Below are positions 51,895-53,962 of a DNA stretch of 53,962 nt, piece after piece. The translations under genes were made by a program, and so were the position numbers. Each line of letters opens with the position of its first letter. The first letter of the stretch is position 1. Location of the stretch: assembly GCA_035649355.1 (NCBI GenBank), contig DASRJS010000056.1, forward strand, positions 1 to 53,962, read 5' to 3'. Source of the stretch: Candidatus Polarisedimenticolia bacterium (GTDB taxonomy: Bacteria; Chloroflexota; Limnocylindria; Limnocylindrales; CSP1-4). A model generated the notes under the pieces. That model was given only the letters and a program-made list of their open reading frames with translations. It did not search any database and was not told the DNA's origin.

Positions 51895-51985
51895 GTGCGG
51901 AACCGAAGAATGAACCGCTGAGCCCTGCTCTCCGCCGTAGCGTGTAGGTGACCAGATCGGTCGCCTCCACGCTGGGGAGCGAATC

Positions 51986-52543
51986 GTGCAGACGGAGCTC
52001 GTCGAGCTTGCGCGACGCGGAGACCGAGAGGCCTTCGGCGTGCTTGCGAACGGCGCCGTCGATCGGTTGTACGGGATCGCTCGCCTCATCCTTCGCGACA
52101 CCGAACTCGCGGAAGATGCGACCCAGGATGCCCTGGTCCGGGCATGGCGCGACCTGCCGTCGCTGCGAGACGTCGAGCGCTTTGACGCCTGGCTGTATCG
52201 GCTGGTCGTCCGAGCCTGTGCCGACGTCGGACGCGACCGGCGGCGCTGGCGGACCGAGATGATCGTCCTGCCGAAGGAGCCGTCCGAACCCGATCGCACG
52301 TCGGAGCTCGCCGACCGCGACCAGCTCGAACGCGGGCTCCGTCGCCTGACGAACGCCCAACGCACGATTCTCGTCCTGAGCTTCCATCTCGGTCTGTCTC
52401 CGAGCGAGACGGCCGATGCCCTCGCGATCCCGGTCGGGACGGCGAAGTCCCGGCTGCACTACGCGATCGAAGCCCTTCGGGCGGCGCTGGCCGCCGACGA
52501 GCGGCCTTCGGTCGGCGCCCAGCGGAAGGACCGTCCGGCATGA
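51986..52543 (+). CDS. ECF-type RNA polymerase sigma-70 factor
   Basis: The start is GTG 51986. Region 2 reads RRGDREAFGVL...AEDATQDALVRAWRDLPSL. Region 4 reads LSPSETADALAIPVGTAKSRLHYAIEAL. Confidence 0.9.
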   Translation: MQTELVELARRGDREAFGVLANGAVDRLYGIARLILRDTELAEDATQDALVRAWRDLPSLRDVERFDAWLYRLVVRACADVGRDRRRWRTEMIVLPKEPSEPDRTSELADRDQLERGLRRLTNAQRTILVLSFHLGLSPSETADALAIPVGTAKSRLHYAIEALRAALAADERPSVGAQRKDRPA

Positions 52544-53400
52544 CTGCCAACCACGATCTCGAACGCCGGGTCGCCGATTACTACGCGAACGAATCGCCTC
52601 AGCGAGCCCCTGACCGGGTGCTCGTCGACGCGCTCAACACCATCGAATCCATTCCACAGCGGCGCGTGCTCGCGCTCGTGCCGTGGAGGTTCCGACCCAT
52701 GAACATGTACGCGAAGCTGGCGATCGCAGCCGCGGCTGTCGTCGTCGTCGCGATCGTCGGCTACAACCTGCTGCCCGGACGTGGCGATGTCGGCGGCCCC
52801 TCGCCTTCGCCCACACAAACACCCGTGCCGATCGTTCTCGCGAACGTTGGTCATCTTCTCCAGAAGGACACGACCTACCGCGTCGGCATACCTTATGACC
52901 TGCCCTTCACGATTAGGTTTCCAGAGGCCTATCAGCTGCATCGTTTGGAGATCGGCGAAGTTCAATTCGAAAGCGTTACCGTGGGCAACGGTGCGGTCAC
53001 GGTCGATCTCGTCGACGGCGTGTTCAGCGATCCGTGCCACACCGAGGGTGGCCCTCAGAAGGCGCCCGACCTGCCGATGACCGTCGACGGCGTCGTTGAC
53101 GCCCTCACGAACCTGGTCGACTTCGACGCCGGGCCTGTGACCGACGCTACCATCGGCGGCCGCACCGGCAAGGCCGTGACGATCTCGAACTCGATCGACA
53201 CCGAGACGGCCGCCTGCTCGGGCGGACCGATGCTCCCGTTGTGGACGTTCCGGAGCAACCCGGAGGGTTCGGCCACGAACGGTGGAACGACGCAATACCT
53301 CTGGGTCCTCGATGTCGACGGGACGGTCGTCATCGTGGCCGGCGAGGCGGCCCAGGTCGGGGACCTCGAGCCCGTTATCAAGGCGATCGTCTTCGAGTAG
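52540..53400 (+). CDS. Membrane-anchored protein in the anti-sigma position, with an unknown ~200-aa extracytoplasmic domain
   Basis: ATG 52540 overlaps the sigma stop (ATGA). The N-terminal cytoplasmic motif APDRVLVDALNTIESIPQRR parallels LPDRVLDSVLDQLPLYHQRRR of the 24647 protein. The TM helix is AKLAIAAAAVVVVAIVGYNLL. Confidence 0.6.
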   Translation: MTANHDLERRVADYYANESPQRAPDRVLVDALNTIESIPQRRVLALVPWRFRPMNMYAKLAIAAAAVVVVAIVGYNLLPGRGDVGGPSPSPTQTPVPIVLANVGHLLQKDTTYRVGIPYDLPFTIRFPEAYQLHRLEIGEVQFESVTVGNGAVTVDLVDGVFSDPCHTEGGPQKAPDLPMTVDGVVDALTNLVDFDAGPVTDATIGGRTGKAVTISNSIDTETAACSGGPMLPLWTFRSNPEGSATNGGTTQYLWVLDVDGTVVIVAGEAAQVGDLEPVIKAIVFE

Positions 53401-53429
53401 CCCGGCCTCCGGTAGTCGAACATCCAACG

Positions 53430-53462
53430 GACGCGGCGAGCCCGCCTCGGGCTCGCCGCGTC
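53430..53462 (+). terminator. Perfect 15-bp GC-rich hairpin (GACGCGGCGAGCCCG-CCT-CGGGCTCGCCGCGTC) 30 nt after the stop of the 52540-53400 gene
   Basis: The stem was read directly from the sequence. The 3' tail (GATTCC) is only weakly T-rich. Confidence 0.6.
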
Positions 53463-53682
53463 GATTCCTACCGCAGCGGGGAGCGTAGGATGTCGGCGCG
53501 ATGAACGAGCACCCGGGTCAGCGTCCCGAGGACGACTGGGCCGCCACGATCTCCAACAAGAACGGCTGATCGGCCCCTTCCACAACAAGCGTCGAGGGAA
53601 GGGGCGGGACAGACGCGTGCCGCTGCAGCGAGGCTGAGCCTGCGCGCGCCGCGTCGACCCGCGTGATCACAAGGAGATCGCG

Positions 53683-53962
53683 ATGCCGATGCCGCATCGA
53701 ACCTTCGCCCAGCTGGCGAAGCGACGGCTCATAGGGAAAGAGGGCAGGGAACGGGTCCGCGAGGTCAATGCGCTGCTCGCGGAGCTGCCGGACTACAAGA
53801 ACGGCCCGTATGCCGACCTGCGCAAGTCGCTCATGGCGGAGGTCGAGGAGTCGAGACAGCGTTCGAACGCCGTCCATCGCGATTCGATTGCCGTCCGTCG
53901 CGAGGGTGCCGCCCAGATCGCGCTCGTCGGGCCACCGAACGTCGGCAAGTCGTCGCTGCTCC
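53683..53962 (+). CDS. OBG/DRG-like GTP-binding protein, 3'-truncated by the window edge
   Basis: This gene is not in the ORF track because it is open to the window end. ATG 53683 lies 6 nt after AAGGAG (53671-53676). My translation is MPMPHRTFAQLAKRRLIGKEGRERVREVNALLAELPDYKNGPYADLRKSLMAEVEE...AQIALVGPPNVGKSSLL, with the G1 P-loop GPPNVGKS. The antisense ORF 53518-53877 is a shadow. Confidence 0.8.
   Translation, partial: MPMPHRTFAQLAKRRLIGKEGRERVREVNALLAELPDYKNGPYADLRKSLMAEVEESRQRSNAVHRDSIAVRREGAAQIALVGPPNVGKSSLL

Noticed and set aside
51911-51940. A shared ECF autoregulatory promoter, TGAAC(C)GCT...GTAG, upstream of the sigma at 51986 and of the sigma remnant (26115-26148).
   Set aside because: The spacing between the two half-motifs differs (about 21 vs 25 nt) and does not fit the usual ~16-17 nt. 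The intact sigma at 24102 shows no matching motif. The support is insufficient.
222-53427. Many long ORFs antisense or out of frame to recognisable genes. Examples: 222-929(-), 1805-2914(-), 5268-6149(-), 5350-6561(+), 7123-8013(-), 10570-11733(-), 19123-19887(-), 24632-25465(-), 39784-41148(+), 40493-41842(+), 41818-42648(-), 41982-43136(+), 45243-46313(+), 47720-48694(-), 51295-52365(-), 52459-53427(-).
   Set aside because: Their translations are Arg/Pro/Gly/Ala-rich with no recognisable motifs, which is typical of stop-poor alternative frames in GC-rich DNA. Each is fully overlapped by an ORF with clear family signatures and proper start context.
53501-53569. The 22-codon ORF MNEHPGQRPEDDWAATISNKNG considered as a protein-coding feature.
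   Set aside because: It is too short and has only a weak AGGA 10 nt upstream, with no conservation evidence available. It is kept only as part of the leader-region finding.
1-53962. Search for mobile-element or defence-island hallmarks: transposase, integrase, recombinase, phage structural genes, restriction-modification, Cas, toxin-antitoxin pairs, tRNA-flanked boundaries and sharp compositional shifts.
   Set aside because: No such motifs were recognised in any frame. Composition looks uniformly GC-rich except for the ~40-nt AT-rich operator-like patch at 14466-14505 and a mildly lower-GC stretch inside the 52540-53400 gene.

Overview
This is a densely coding, visibly GC-rich 53,962-bp chromosomal segment. 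Codon position 3 strongly prefers G/C. I estimate high-60s % G+C but did not compute it. The gene content suggests an Actinomycetota- or Chloroflexota-like bacterium, by inference only: F420/deazaflavin-type enzyme families, ECF sigma modules, Tat and lipobox signals, many small VOC/SRPBCC/PNPOx enzymes, and multi-GAF hybrid kinases. I support 55 protein-coding features. Two are cut by the window edges and one is a decayed sigma-factor remnant. I also call two intragenic tandem repeats, one candidate operator and two hairpin terminators. I found no rRNA, tRNA, CRISPR array, transposase, integrase or phage genes, so nothing marks this as a mobile island. Most of the window is ordinary housekeeping or accessory metabolism. 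Four things deserve a second look. (1) A 13.2-kb, eight-gene, same-strand cluster with overlapping or near-abutting junctions lies at 28427-41653. Its order is ParA/MinD-like ATPase, APC-fold permease-like protein with extra soluble domains, two orphan family-3 solute-binding lipoproteins, a Cache/HAMP/PAS hybrid kinase, a 1496-aa 4xGAF/2xPAS hybrid kinase with two receivers, an Hpt protein, and a receiver protein with a non-DNA-binding coiled-coil tail. No ABC permease/ATPase and no transcriptional output is encoded, so it looks like an uncharacterised solute-sensing phosphorelay. (2) A three-gene cassette lies at 14524-15984. An isoprenoid-synthase-fold protein (DDLDD plus DWEADLEAGRW motifs) is translationally coupled (ATGA) to a 92-aa NHLP-leader-like peptide ending in ...TNSW. 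This is reminiscent of ComQ/ComX Trp-prenylated pheromones, but in a GC-rich context. (3) An acyl-AMP ligase / carrier protein / PlsC acyltransferase tri-domain fusion lies at 47798-50299. (4) There are paralogous ECF sigma / non-zinc anti-sigma-like pairs with swapped extracytoplasmic domains. A decayed third sigma copy is fused by the ORF track to a glyoxalase gene.
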